From NCBI GenBank assembly GCA_964632485.1, contig CAZWDO010000004.1, positions 124,001 through 188,000 on the forward strand: DNA of 64,000 nucleotides, written 5' to 3'. Shown piece after piece: positions 1-11,050 of this stretch. The translations under genes and the position numbers were made by a program. The DNA comes from an uncultured bacterium (GTDB lineage Bacteria; JAGOEH01). The first letter of the stretch is position 1, and each line of letters begins with the position of its first letter. Under the pieces are notes generated by a model that saw only the letters and a list, made by a program, of their open reading frames with translations, was not told where the DNA came from and ran no database searches.

Positions 1-880
1 GCTGGTGTATTGATCCATTTATTTCCATACCCAGCGATTGCCCATCTACAATCACTTTACTATCCAACTCCTTTAAATTCTTTTCCTCTTTGAGTGAACC
101 AACTAAGTGATATAATTCATCAATAGCCGAAAATTTTTGGTTCAATCCGGTTAAATCGTCTATTTTTTGTCCATGCACATGTATTTTCCCACTTTGATCA
201 CTGATAATTATTCCAATCGGAGCGTGATCGAGAATCCCCTCCAATTGATAGGCCAACGACCGGATCGATTTTCCAAAGTAACGGCTGATCATAACGATCA
301 AAGCAATAGCCAGTAGCGTCAAAACCGCAGAGATAATAAACACGATTATAAGATTGTATTTCTGGGCTTTACGGACTTCTTTCAGGTTGATGGCAATCTT
401 AACAACTCCAATAGTCTCATCATTAAACCCACCCTGATAAGGCAACGTTACTTCCTTAACATCCAATTGGTTATGCTGCTGGTCCCGTATAAATGGCTTA
501 CCGATATCAAGGCAATTTTGGTTATAGATCGTTTCTTCATTCGGCAACGCACGATCATTCATAACAGGATCGCTATGGGCGAGAATGATGTTGTCCTTAC
601 TTTCCACCGATATGTATACTAATTCCGGAACTCGGGTCAGCATTTGTTCCACTAATAAACGCATTTGGTATTTACCCGAAAAACTGACCTTATTGATCGA
701 TTGGCTCATCACCATAGCTATTGTACTCGATAGCCGGTCCTCTTCCCTTTGTTGGAGTTTATTAAACAAAAAAACAGTGATTCCAACTGCCATTAACATC
801 ATCAACAGTACTATAGCGCCGAAACTCAATGCTATTTTTTTATCAAATTCTTTAATACGTTCTGATTTCATCTGTTCCAT
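1..880 (-). CDS. Membrane sensor protein (TM, periplasmic domain, TM, PAS), probably a histidine kinase; truncated by the window edge
   Basis: Not in the ORF track. Manual translation from ATG at 880 (GGAG RBS, 10 nt after the upstream stop) gives MEQMKSERIKEFDKKIALSFGAIVLLMMLMAVGITVFLF...YNLIIVFIISAVLTLLAIALIVMISRYF...QLEGILDHAPIGIIISDQSGKI, the last part being a PAS start. The frame stays open to position 1; the output domain is not visible. Confidence 0.75.
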   Translation of the reverse strand, partial: MEQMKSERIKEFDKKIALSFGAIVLLMMLMAVGITVFLFNKLQQREEDRLSSTIAMVMSQSINKVSFSGKYQMRLLVEQMLTRVPELVYISVESKDNIILAHSDPVMNDRALPNEETIYNQNCLDIGKPFIRDQQHNQLDVKEVTLPYQGGFNDETIGVVKIAINLKEVRKAQKYNLIIVFIISAVLTLLAIALIVMISRYFGKSIRSLAYQLEGILDHAPIGIIISDQSGKIHVHGQKIDDLTGLNQKFSAIDELYHLVGSLKEEKNLKELDSKVIVDGQSLGMEINGSIHQ

Positions 881-890
881 GCTTGCTCCA

Positions 891-2015
891 TTACTCGCGA
901 ATGATTTTCAGATTCCCTAACCACAATGGGCGACTGCTTACCCATGGCTTTTGAAAAGATTTAGGCACCGGTCCCATCCATCCAGGATAGGAATCAATCG
1001 TCTCACATGTAATCGGGAATACCGGGACCAAAGCATGATAGGGTGGATTCTCTCCGTTTAAGATACTATAGGCTGTGCGCAACGCTTCAGCGCCCAATGG
1101 GCCACAAAATTGCGCGGCATCAATCACCGTTAGCTTATGATTCTTAATATTATCCACCGATTGAGGGTCTCCATCTATGGTGGCGATCATAATTTCCGTT
1201 CGCCCAGCCAGCAACAACCGTTTTACGATAGTTAACCCGCCCCCATCATTTACTGTAAAAATTACATCAATCGAACCCTTATCAGGAAAATCTTCTAAAA
1301 TCCCCATAGCTGCTTTCTCTCCTGACACCGGCTCAACCGCAGAATAAGATTTTAAAATTTGGTACTTGCACTTTGCTTCTGTCAACGCATCTAAAAATCC
1401 GTTCAATCGTTCGACGGTCGAGGAAACATGAGGGTATTCTACCAAAACTAATTTTACAACCCTATCTAAAGGAAATTTTGAAGCAATATATTCCCCATCC
1501 AAATAGCCCGCCTCATAATTGTCAGAAGTACGATAGGCTGTTAATGAACCATCACTAATATACTGATCATACGCCACTACAGGGATTTTTTCTTTATTAG
1601 CGCGAAGTAGTGGCGCTACTAATGCGGCATTGTCAGTGGGTTGAACAATTATGATATCTACTTTTAAATCAATTAATCCATTCATTTGTGAAATTTGGTT
1701 GCGAATCCCTTCTTCTCCATCTCCTGCGACCCTGCGAATTAGTTCAACATTAGGTTTTCCACTTTTCAAAGCCATGCTGTTAATTAATTTCGCTTCCTGT
1801 TCCAAACCCTGGCGCATAGCAACTTGGCCGGGGATGCTCATTGACCAGTATAAAACCCCAATCTGATATGTTTTTTGGGGGGAAGATAATTGACCAAATA
1901 TTTCCGAACTCAAGCAAAAAACTATAGCCACCAGGATAATATAATATTTCCCGTTGCCGATAAATCCTTCAATCATTCTATCTTCCTCCATTTTATGATC
2001 CTTTGTCATGCTCAT
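891..2015 (-). CDS. RbsB-like (type I) periplasmic sugar-binding protein
   Basis: Hydrophobic N-terminal segment; motifs VDIIIVQPTD, IPVVAYD, SDNYEAGYLDGEY, ERLNGF, VNDGGG, ATIDG. The true start may be a later Met. Confidence 0.85.
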   Translation of the reverse strand: MSMTKDHKMEEDRMIEGFIGNGKYYIILVAIVFCLSSEIFGQLSSPQKTYQIGVLYWSMSIPGQVAMRQGLEQEAKLINSMALKSGKPNVELIRRVAGDGEEGIRNQISQMNGLIDLKVDIIIVQPTDNAALVAPLLRANKEKIPVVAYDQYISDGSLTAYRTSDNYEAGYLDGEYIASKFPLDRVVKLVLVEYPHVSSTVERLNGFLDALTEAKCKYQILKSYSAVEPVSGEKAAMGILEDFPDKGSIDVIFTVNDGGGLTIVKRLLLAGRTEIMIATIDGDPQSVDNIKNHKLTVIDAAQFCGPLGAEALRTAYSILNGENPPYHALVPVFPITCETIDSYPGWMGPVPKSFQKPWVSSRPLWLGNLKIIRE

Positions 2016-2485
2016 CCTATCGATAGAGTCAACCAGCCTCTTAGATTCAATCCAATTATGTGTACTCTATATAGAATATTTAACTACTTTTCTTCTTTTT
2101 GTCAATATAAAATATGTTTTATATTATATAAATTCTCTAAAACTCTAATTTTAGACACTCCTAAGCTAAGACTTAAGACCTTAATCTCCCAAGAATTCAA
2201 TTTTTCCAGAATTTTAATTCCTCTAATCACCACCACCACTTACCGATCTGTCTATAGACTTATCTCATTACATATACATTTTTCTTCTAATTTGGAATTA
2301 AAATCTATTTTTTTCTTTATTTTCTTGATTTTAACTTTTTCTTATATTATATCCCTGATGGTTATCAGCTTGATTAATTTCAGATTCAGACTGCCAACAT
2401 CATCAGTTTACTAAATATGCTTTCCCGAATCATCCTGAGCTACCGCTGATTTATTCATTACTTCGAAAAAATTTAAAAAGGAATT

Positions 2486-4237
2486 GTGATGCCAAATTTC
2501 CTCCCACAAGTTTTTCAATATCAATCTCATAATAACACTTGGTTGTATTTTAAAAATACAATTGAAATAATATCCACACAGATTCCCTCGGAGGTCATCC
2601 CCTGTTTGAATAAAATTGAAAACTTTGCATTTCAGGGATTTCATGTTGCAGGCTTTCTCTCTTATGAAACCGCGGGAGTCTTTGAACCGCGAATCCCGGT
2701 TTTCCAGTCCGATGGAACTCCGTTGATCTGGTTTGGAGTTTTCCGGGAGACTGAAACCATCAAACAGTCCCCTCCCATTGATTTTTTACTTCCGGATCTT
2801 CAATGGGTGCCTTCGATCTCTGAGGAAACTTATAACAATCATATTGAAAAAATTCGCCATTATATTAAACAGGGCGAAACCTACCAGGTTAATTATACGT
2901 TTGCATTGCAAACAGAAATCCCCCGTTCTCTAAATCTATTTGATCTTTTTAGATATGTAACTTTTTTTCATCCGACGCCCTATTCTATGTTTTTAGAAAC
3001 TGAATCGCAAATTATTTGTTCTTTTTCGCCGGAACTCTTCTTTTATTTGCAGGGAGATAGCATTGAATGCCGGCCGATGAAAGGAACGGCTCACCGCGGG
3101 AAAACAACTTCTGAGGACCAGACTCAAGCAAATGAGCTTTACAATAGTGAAAAAAACCGATCCGAAAATATCATGATTGTGGACATGATTCGCAACGATC
3201 TGGGTAAAATTGCAAAAATTGGTACCGTTTCTGCGCCAAAATTATTTGAAATTGAGCGCTATAATTCTCTTTTCCAAATGACTTCCACCGTTCGAGCAAA
3301 AACTTCATCTTCTTTAAATACGATTTTTAGCGCCCTGTTTCCTTGTGCATCCATAACCGGCGCCCCCAAAATCAGAACCACGGCAATCATCCATGAACTT
3401 GAGAACAGACCTCGCGGTATTTATTGCGGCGCAATGGGATCAATCCGTCCCGGCCGTGAAGCGCTCTTCAATGTGGCGATCCGGACCTTGGTTATTGATA
3501 AAAAAAATAGAAACGCTACCTATAATATCGGCAGCGGCATCATCTGGGATTCCGAAGCCCGTGATGAATTCCAGGAATGTTTACTAAAAAGCCATTTCCT
3601 TTCAGAACAAATAGCTCCGTTTGATCTATTGGAAAGCCTGCTCTACTGCCCCAAAACCGGCTACTATTTACTGGATGAACATTTAACTCGTTACCAGGAT
3701 TCCGCTAATTATTTCGGCTTTACGACCTCCTATGAAGAAGTTAAGGCTTACCTACAGGGGATATTTTCCGAAATGCCTTCCTCTCCGGTTAAAATCCGTT
3801 GCGTTATATCACGTCAACGTCATATAAGCCATACTATTTCACCGATTCGGATCGAACACCAGCAACTCACCTTTCCATTTGCAAAAGAATCGGTTGACCC
3901 TAACAATCGGTTTCTTTACCATAAAACAACCCATCGGCTGATATATCAAAAGGCGTTGGCCAGTCAACCCGGTTACACGGATGTTCTGTTGTGGAATAAA
4001 AATGGCGAAATTACCGAGACGACCTGCGGAAATATCGTGGCTCAAATACAAGGTAAATTTCTTACTCCCCCGGTTAGTTGTGGCCTGTTACCAGGTACCT
4101 TACGCGCTCATCTGCTGGAATCCGGTAAAATTTCAGAATCCCCTATTTTAATATCAGATCTATCAAAATGCGACCATATCTGGCGCATCAACTCTGTCCG
4201 CGGTTGGCAACGAATTAATGTGGATGCTCATAACTGA
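2486..4237 (+). CDS. pabB: Fused aminodeoxychorismate synthase component I / ADC lyase (PabB-PabC)
   Basis: Chorismate-binding motifs GETYQVNYT, SPELFF, PMKGT, ENIMIVDMIRNDLG, FPCASITGAPK; C-terminal aminotransferase class IV motifs HKTT, EITETTCGN, GLLPGTLR. Confidence 0.92.
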   Translation: MMPNFLPQVFQYQSHNNTWLYFKNTIEIISTQIPSEVIPCLNKIENFAFQGFHVAGFLSYETAGVFEPRIPVFQSDGTPLIWFGVFRETETIKQSPPIDFLLPDLQWVPSISEETYNNHIEKIRHYIKQGETYQVNYTFALQTEIPRSLNLFDLFRYVTFFHPTPYSMFLETESQIICSFSPELFFYLQGDSIECRPMKGTAHRGKTTSEDQTQANELYNSEKNRSENIMIVDMIRNDLGKIAKIGTVSAPKLFEIERYNSLFQMTSTVRAKTSSSLNTIFSALFPCASITGAPKIRTTAIIHELENRPRGIYCGAMGSIRPGREALFNVAIRTLVIDKKNRNATYNIGSGIIWDSEARDEFQECLLKSHFLSEQIAPFDLLESLLYCPKTGYYLLDEHLTRYQDSANYFGFTTSYEEVKAYLQGIFSEMPSSPVKIRCVISRQRHISHTISPIRIEHQQLTFPFAKESVDPNNRFLYHKTTHRLIYQKALASQPGYTDVLLWNKNGEITETTCGNIVAQIQGKFLTPPVSCGLLPGTLRAHLLESGKISESPILISDLSKCDHIWRINSVRGWQRINVDAHN

Positions 4238-4577
4238 TCCTGAACTTGACATGCTGCATTATTGCATCACGAGGTGAAGTTGGCAAAAAGCCTTACAAAC
4301 TCCAAAGTCTCAAACTCAAAGCTTAAACGACAACGATAAGAAACCCCAATTAATATTGATGCCAAAATCACCGAAGCCATCTTTCTGGGCTTGATCGGCC
4401 GTGCGGTTCGCACCCGGAGTCTCTCTTCATCAGGAGTTTCGTTTTCATTCGCGACAATATGGGGCTAATAGATTGCTTGGCAATCTGTTGAAATCTAAAC
4501 CCTTTATCAGCCTAAGCAACTACTATTGAATGATTTAATATTCAGACAGTTTTTCTTACAATCTTCTTACATTTGGG

Positions 4578-5351
4578 TTAGTTGGGAGTTAATTCTTTAG
4601 CAACAATTTCTATCTGTTTATTTAATCCTTTAAGATACTCGGGATCATATCCATGCTTATAAGCAAGTTCATAATAGTGTTTTGAATTATCTACATTCCC
4701 TTTTTCAAGCCAAACATAAGCTAAACAATAAAATACAATTGCCTCCTCAGGTCTTAATGTTAAGGATTTCTTATAATAGTATATTGAAGAATCTAATTCA
4801 TTTAAAGCTCGATAAGTAGTTGCTAAATAGAATGGAACTTCAAAATTCAGACTATCCTTCATCCCGACTAAATATGAAAAAACCCCAAGCGAATTCGGAT
4901 AATCCTTAAGGTTATAGTAACATACACCCGCTTTGAAAAGATAACGATTATTAGCTGTTAGATCATAAGCCTGCTTGAATTTCTCCAATGCTTCCGCCGT
5001 TTCCCCCCGATCACGATAGATGACGCCTAATTCATCCCGAGCGGTCGCTTGGGCATAATTTGTCCAGTTCGGGGTGTTGATCATCATTTCAAATCGCTGA
5101 ACCGAAGCAGTTTCTGAAGCGTTGACCCATATCCAGGGAAAAGTATGCATCATGGAAATAATGATACACATTTTCCCAAGCAGCATGAAATCCTGTTTAT
5201 ATAATTTAAACAAGGAGATCACGATCAGCAGTGTCATGGGATACGTTCCAATGGCCATGATATCCCAATCTCTGGCCGCTCCCAATTTAAAATCATATAC
5301 CAGCAAAAACAGCATTGGGCCTATTGACGATAAAAGCAGAAAAACCAGCAT
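4578..5351 (-). pseudogene. C-terminal fragment of a membrane protein with TPR repeats (possibly N-terminally truncated)
   Basis: Three hydrophobic segments with LGAARDWD, then TPR-like helices. No RBS, and an in-frame TGA lies about 9 codons upstream of the first Met. Confidence 0.5.
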
Positions 5352-5627
5352 AGGAGACTTTTTTTTCCGATAATGTCAATAATATTCTACTTAAGCAAAT
5401 TTTGCGTGGCTAAATGAGTTAAATAGTTCTGAATACAATGGACCAAATCACAGGTAGTTAGTAAGACCGCTCAATATTTACCAAATCAAATTTCATTCCT
5501 GATCTAATTTTAAGGCCTTCAAATGTAAATTGAATAAATTTAATGAATTTAGGGTAGTTGTATAACCCCATCTAATCTGTTTTATATTTTTTTTGAAAGT
5601 TACTATAAATATGAGGTCAAAAATAAC

Positions 5628-5661
5628 TACGGTCCTCAAAGCTGAATGTTTGAAGACCGTA
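5628..5661 (-). terminator. Intrinsic terminator after tRNA-Val
   Basis: Inverted repeat tacggtcctcaaa...tttgaagaccgta, followed on the minus strand by gttattttt. Confidence 0.6.
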
Positions 5662-5667
5662 AACCGT

Positions 5668-5741
5668 TGGGCGATACTGGACTTGAACCAGTGACCCCCT
5701 GCATGTCAAGCAGATACTCTAGCCACCTGAGCTAATCGCCC
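5668..5741 (-). tRNA. tRNA-Val(GAC), CCA not encoded
   Basis: Reverse complement GGGCGATTAGCTCAGGTGGCTAGAGTATCTGCTTGACATGCAGGGGGTCACTGGTTCAAGTCCAGTATCGCCCA folds as a cloverleaf; anticodon loop TT-GAC-AT, T-loop GGTTCAAGT. Confidence 0.96.
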
Positions 5742-5752
5742 TTGTTCTGTAT

Positions 5753-5781
5753 AGTATACGAATTTCAGTATTAAAAGTCAA
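5753..5781 (-). promoter_or_regulatory. sigma70-type promoter of tRNA-Val
   Basis: TTGACT-N17-TATACT on the minus strand just upstream of the tRNA. Confidence 0.75.
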
Positions 5782-6167
5782 GAATTTTTTTTATATTCTA
5801 TGAAAATTATCATTAGAATCTGTTCCAGAAATTCTCAGCTAACGTTTAATTCACTATTTAGTAATCAATTACATTTTAACTATTAAATACAGTATCACCC
5901 TGAACCAGGCTGGAAAAAAAAATTGATCTGGTTGAGGTTTACAATTTTTGTATAACCTAGAAATTGCAAGTCACCCATAATACACTTTGAAAACTTTACT
6001 TTCAAATTACTTTTTAAGAGCCCCTGAATGGAAATGCGGTGACCCAATAAAACATTCTGATTGGTTATCGGGCAAGAAATTATCGGTTCATTACCAAATC
6101 AACTTCAATTTTAAAGTAAAAATTAAATTTTATTGCTTTTTTTAAAAAAAATGTTATATTCACACCC

Positions 6168-7721
6168 ATGATGTTAACTATTTCTTCCACGGACTCATCT
6201 GTAAATTCACTCTCAAACTCCAAATACAATCAGCATTTTTGGATATTAGTCGGTGGGTTAACCCTCATCAGACTTATTTTAGCCAGTGTGATCAACTTAG
6301 TTCCCCAAGAGGCCTACTACTGGCTATACATTCAACAACCTGCGTTAAGTTATTTCGATCATCCACCTCTATGCTCCTATGGAATCGGTCTTTTCACTCA
6401 TCTATTTGGGAATAAAGAAGTATTTGTTCGATTATCAACACTACTGTTTTCAATAGGAACGCAATGGGCCGTTTTTGAACTTTCTAAAAAAGCGTTCGGT
6501 AATGTTAAAATCGCCTTTTGGTCCGTTGTTGCGCTTAATTTGACGATTTTTTTCAATATTTCAGCATTTTTCGCCACCCCGGATTCGCCATTATTGTTTT
6601 TTTGGGCATTGTGTATGCTTTTCACTTATCAAGCTTTGTTTCATCATAATACATGGGCCAATTGGATATTAGCCGGAATTTTTGCAGGACTTGCAATGTA
6701 TAGTAAGTATACGGCTGTTTTTCTTTTTCTGTCAGTTTTTTGCTATTTTATAATTTCCCCGCATAATCGGTCCCGGCTTTGGAACCTAAAACCCTACATT
6801 TCAGTCATAATCTCTTTTTTGGTTTTCTTCCCGGTCATTCTTTGGAATGCCAATAATCATTGGGCATCTTTCCTTTTCCAAACCTCGCATCGTGCCTCGG
6901 GAGCTACAAAGTTAGGCTTTAAATATTTGCTCCAGCTTGTTGCCAGCCAGTTTTATGAATTAACCCCGTTGTTTTTCATTTTGCTTTTTACAGTATCAGC
7001 AATCATAATTAAAAATTTTTGGCATGAAAAAAAGGAACGATATCTATTTTTTACTTCATATAGCCTTCCCATGATTATTTTTTTTGTCATGATCAGTTTA
7101 ACCACATTAGTCAAGATGAATTGGTTGCAACCTGCATATCTGGCCTTAATTATTCTTATTACGGCTGTTTACTACGAAAAATGCAAACATAAACAGTCTT
7201 TAAGAAAAAAACTTAAATTTGGCGCTATTATCAGTCTTTGCTTGATAATACTAAATCTGGGAATTATACTTTTTCCCATTGTTCCCATAAAAAAAGGAGA
7301 TACTTGGAATGGATGGGGTGAACTTTCAACTGAAATACAAACACTGTACCAGGAAATGTCTGTGAAAGCCCCTGTTTTTATTTTTGGAAACGAATATAAA
7401 ATCGCTGCGGAAATGGCCTTTTATTCACCCTATAAAGAACTAATTTACGCGCAAAATATTTACAACCAACCTGCTTTGCAGTTTGATTTTTGGAAATCCC
7501 CTCATCAGTTAATTGGACAAAATGCAATCTTTATGTACTCTGATTTCGCCCCTATGAAAAAAATTGAAATTTTAGATTCTTATTTTCAAAAGGTGATACA
7601 TTATAAGACAATCGAAATTAAATATTGGGGTTTTACATTTCGCCGTTTCTATCTTTATAAATGTTATAATTATATGGGGCCTGTTTACGATGATTCAAAA
7701 CTAAATTTAAGCTCATTCTAA
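6168..7721 (+). CDS. ArnT/PMT-family (GT83/GT39-like) membrane glycosyltransferase
   Basis: QEAYYW, SYFDHPP, TPDSP, SKYT, PVILWN motifs; about 12 TM segments. Confidence 0.88.
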   Translation: MMLTISSTDSSVNSLSNSKYNQHFWILVGGLTLIRLILASVINLVPQEAYYWLYIQQPALSYFDHPPLCSYGIGLFTHLFGNKEVFVRLSTLLFSIGTQWAVFELSKKAFGNVKIAFWSVVALNLTIFFNISAFFATPDSPLLFFWALCMLFTYQALFHHNTWANWILAGIFAGLAMYSKYTAVFLFLSVFCYFIISPHNRSRLWNLKPYISVIISFLVFFPVILWNANNHWASFLFQTSHRASGATKLGFKYLLQLVASQFYELTPLFFILLFTVSAIIIKNFWHEKKERYLFFTSYSLPMIIFFVMISLTTLVKMNWLQPAYLALIILITAVYYEKCKHKQSLRKKLKFGAIISLCLIILNLGIILFPIVPIKKGDTWNGWGELSTEIQTLYQEMSVKAPVFIFGNEYKIAAEMAFYSPYKELIYAQNIYNQPALQFDFWKSPHQLIGQNAIFMYSDFAPMKKIEILDSYFQKVIHYKTIEIKYWGFTFRRFYLYKCYNYMGPVYDDSKLNLSSF

Positions 7722-7963
7722 GCTGTCAAGGTCCAACAACGACGCATACAAGCATGAATTTTTTCTTTAACGTCTTTTGGAAGCTGAAAATACCAATTAC
7801 TGAACTAAATTCCTTTTACCCTTATTCTGCAAGTAAAAAACGACTTGACAAATCCAATGATTTTCATTATTTTTAACTGTTTATTTTCGTTATTAGCGAA
7901 CTCTTCTTTAATAATTACAAACTGAATAACCATAATGAATTATCAATCCAGAAAGGAAAGACC

Positions 7964-8836
7964 ATGAAAGTCGGTTATATTGGGATAATTGGCAAACCAA
8001 ACGCTGGAAAATCTACTCTTTTGAATACAATTATCGGCGAAAAACTATCAATTGTTACCCCAAAGGCGCAAACAACACGCAAGCGAATTATCGGAATTTA
8101 TTCCACTTCGGAAGCCCAAATTATCTTTATCGATACTCCCGGGTTTACTCTTAAAACCGACAAGCTGAATCAAAAACTGGTTGAACAGGCTAAAGGCACT
8201 ATGCAGGAAGTCGATATTAATCTTTTGTTAATTGATGCTTCTAAATACATGGCTTCACTGGAAGCGGATATTTTATATCAATTGAATACATATAAAAAAC
8301 CAACTTTTTTAATACTCAATAAGATCGATAAAATTAAAAAAAATTATTTGCTACCTACTATCGATTTTTACCGCAATCAGTTCGATTTTGAAGAAATCTT
8401 TCCCATTTCAGCTAAAACAAATGACGGAATATCTCATTTAATCGAGCAAATTATAAGTTACTTGCCTGAAGGTGATGCAATCTACTCTGAGGATCTTCTT
8501 TCGAATCAACCTCAACGCATTTTTACTGAAGAATTTGTCAGAGAAGCCATTTTCCAGCTACTGAAGGAGGAGATACCCTATTCTACTTATGTCGAAATTA
8601 CTCAGTTTTCTGAAAGTGACAGTGATACTAAAAAAGTCGAGATTAAAGCCGATATTTTTGTCGAAAAAGATTCCCAAAAGAAAATTGTCATTGGGAAATC
8701 CGGCAACATGATCCGCCAAATTCGGGAATATGCCCTAAAAGAGATACAAAACTTTCTCCAACAACCGGTACAACTTTCACTTTGGGTCAAAGTCGATAAA
8801 AACTGGAGAAACGATGCCCCAGAAGATAAAATATAA
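7964..8836 (+). CDS. era: GTPase Era
   Basis: GKPNAGKST, QTTR, DTPG, NKID, ISAK motifs; KH domain EEIPY...VIGKSG...LWVKV. Confidence 0.97.
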   Translation: MKVGYIGIIGKPNAGKSTLLNTIIGEKLSIVTPKAQTTRKRIIGIYSTSEAQIIFIDTPGFTLKTDKLNQKLVEQAKGTMQEVDINLLLIDASKYMASLEADILYQLNTYKKPTFLILNKIDKIKKNYLLPTIDFYRNQFDFEEIFPISAKTNDGISHLIEQIISYLPEGDAIYSEDLLSNQPQRIFTEEFVREAIFQLLKEEIPYSTYVEITQFSESDSDTKKVEIKADIFVEKDSQKKIVIGKSGNMIRQIREYALKEIQNFLQQPVQLSLWVKVDKNWRNDAPEDKI

Positions 8837-11050
8837 AATTTTTTTTATAGTACTTCTTGTTTTTTTTATTGATATTAATGCTGAATGGGATCAATGGCAA
8901 GCGATTACCTCTAAGAATAGTAGCTATGATCTCTTCGTATCCAATCCCATTATTTATCTGGCTACCAGCGGAGGGTTGGTTGAGTTCACTCCTTATGATA
9001 CTTCTTTCCATGCCTTTCTAAACACTGATGGTCTAACTTCTAATTTTGTAACCACCATTTTTAAAGATTCCCACAACCAATTATGGGTAGGCAGCTCAGG
9101 TAGTTATTTGGACCGTATTACTCCATCTGGTAATATTTATCACTACAATAATTTCGATGGTATTTCTGAAATAATTTATTCCGTCATCGAAGATACAACC
9201 CACGAAGCGATTTTTGTTTCTACTAATCAGGGGATTTCCGTTTTTCATAACTATCACTTTCAATTTTCAATAACCCGCCAGAATGGTTTGATCAGCGACA
9301 TTAACTCGGACTTACTGATTGATTCTAATTATTTATATGCGCTCTCTGAAAACGGATTGGCTTATGCTCCACTTGACCAAAATTTACAATTGCCATCTTC
9401 CTGGACACAAATCTCCCAAATTGGTACTACTTCCATCAACCAGTTTAACCATATCAAGCGGGTTGGATCAAGCCTTTTCCTCCTTGGCCCGAGTAAACTT
9501 TTAGAAATTTTAATTGATTCCCAATGGATAATTCAAAACAATTGGATAACCCCTTACGATTACCAATTAACTGATTTTGTTGTATGTGGCGATACCGCTT
9601 ATTGTACTGGGATCTATGGTATTTATGTTCAGCCCATCCACAACTATACACCCGTATTTCACCGTATTCTCGATTGCCTACATGCAACAGCCATTGAATC
9701 TTCAGACAATAACACAATTCTCTGGTTTACATCGCTGGAAACAGGCATCAACCAATTTGCAATTCAATCGCAAAAACACTCAATTTTCACCAATCCTGAC
9801 GGACCCGTATCCAACAATATCTACGATATAGCATTTGAAGAAGATGGAACCATCGCCGTGGCTTGTGGGGATGATGTGGATTATACGCTAAAACGGGGTG
9901 GGGTTTCATTTTATAGAGATAACCAATGGCTCAACTATCAACTTCCTATAAAATATCAGGATTTTAGAGCGGTATGTATCGACCAGAATAATAACTATTG
10001 GTTTGGTTCACTCGGAAGCGGTGTTATACGTTGTCATTTCAACCAGGATTCATTAGTTTATTCTGTTTTTGACTCTTCCANNNNNNNNNNTTAAGTGGTA
10101 AAGACCCTGGATTTGTACCCATCACTCGTATTGTTAAAGATCAATATAATAACCTTTGGATTGCAGATTTCGAGGTAGGGTTGTTTATTCCTGTCAATCC
10201 CGATCAAAACGAATGGATTTCGTTTGGGGTTCTGGATGGAATGTTATATTCAAAAGAATTATGGGCATTGGCTGTTTATTATAATGATGTCTGGGTAGGT
10301 ACCCGTAATAATGGAATTTTTCATTTAAACTATGGACGGTCCATTCAATATCCTGAAATACAGTGGACGGTTACTAACCAGGGAAATGAAGATGATTTAC
10401 ATTCCAATGATATCCTTGACATTGCCATCGATGGATTTGGCAATCCCTGGGTTGGCGCTGTTTCCGGACCAATTTTTCGATATGGAACTCAATGGTATGT
10501 ACCTTGGGAAGACCCCGAGGATCAACTGAAAAGCAAAATTAATTGTATTACAATCGACGCTTATAATAACAAGTATTATGGAACTGCGGATAAGGGAATT
10601 ATCATTGCTATCGGCGACACTTTGAGCTGGTTCTATTTCAACACACTAAACAGCCCTCTCCCCAGCAATCTGATACGTTCCATAAAAATCAACCCCTATA
10701 CGAATCAACTTTATGTGGGAACCGATAAAGGACTTGTCATTATTTCCGATCCTCATTTAATCAGTAGCCAAACTCTTGATAGTATAACCGTTTACCCCAA
10801 TCCCTGCCGTTTTCATGATTATATTGACTTGGAGATCAATTTTTCAAAATTAACTCCTTACAGTAAACTCTATATATTCACCCTCGATGGTGAACTAATA
10901 CGATCACTCGCCACCCAGTCAGGTAATATCGGTCACATTTCATGGGATGGAAAAAATGAGAAGGGCAAATTGGTCAATTGCGGCGTGTACATCTATCAAA
11001 TTATTGATCAGAACCAACAAGTGAAAAGTGGTAAACTAATTATCAAATGA
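8814..11050 (+). CDS. PorZ-like beta-propeller protein with C-terminal YPNP/FlgD-Ig domain; one gene interrupted by an assembly gap
   Basis: Signal peptide, ATSGGL, DGLTSN, D..N.LWVG repeats. The sequence after the N gap (LSGKDPGFVPITRIVKDQYNNLW) is open and in frame with ORF 10181-11050, which ends VYPNP...WDGKNEKGKLVNCGVYIY. Confidence 0.7.
10081..10090. other. Assembly gap (10 N)
   Basis: Run of n. Confidence 0.99.

Noticed and set aside
585-920. Plus-strand 111-aa ORF
   Set aside because: Antisense to the real minus-strand sensor gene, which the track omitted because it runs off the edge.
2570-2578. DnaA-box-like ATATCCACA inside pabB
   Set aside because: A single one-mismatch hit in coding sequence, expected by chance.
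1890-2644. ORFs 1890-2414 (+) and 2411-2644 (-)
   Set aside because: Low-complexity F/I/L/S translations of an AT-rich divergent promoter region, overlapping real genes.
2486-4237. PabB-PabC fusion as a novelty
   Set aside because: This fusion is already well known in many bacteria.
4262-4460. Possible IS/MITE end or small ORF after pabBC
   Set aside because: No matching inverted repeat, target duplication or transposase; the open minus-strand frame has no convincing start or RBS.
5935-5957. Imperfect palindrome ggtttacaa-ttt-ttgtataacc upstream of the ArnT-like gene
   Set aside because: Imperfect, AT-rich and with no recognisable regulator consensus; not enough support.
10081-10180. Apparent split or frameshift of the PorZ-like gene
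   Set aside because: The break coincides with a 10-N scaffold gap and both flanks are open, so it is an assembly artefact.
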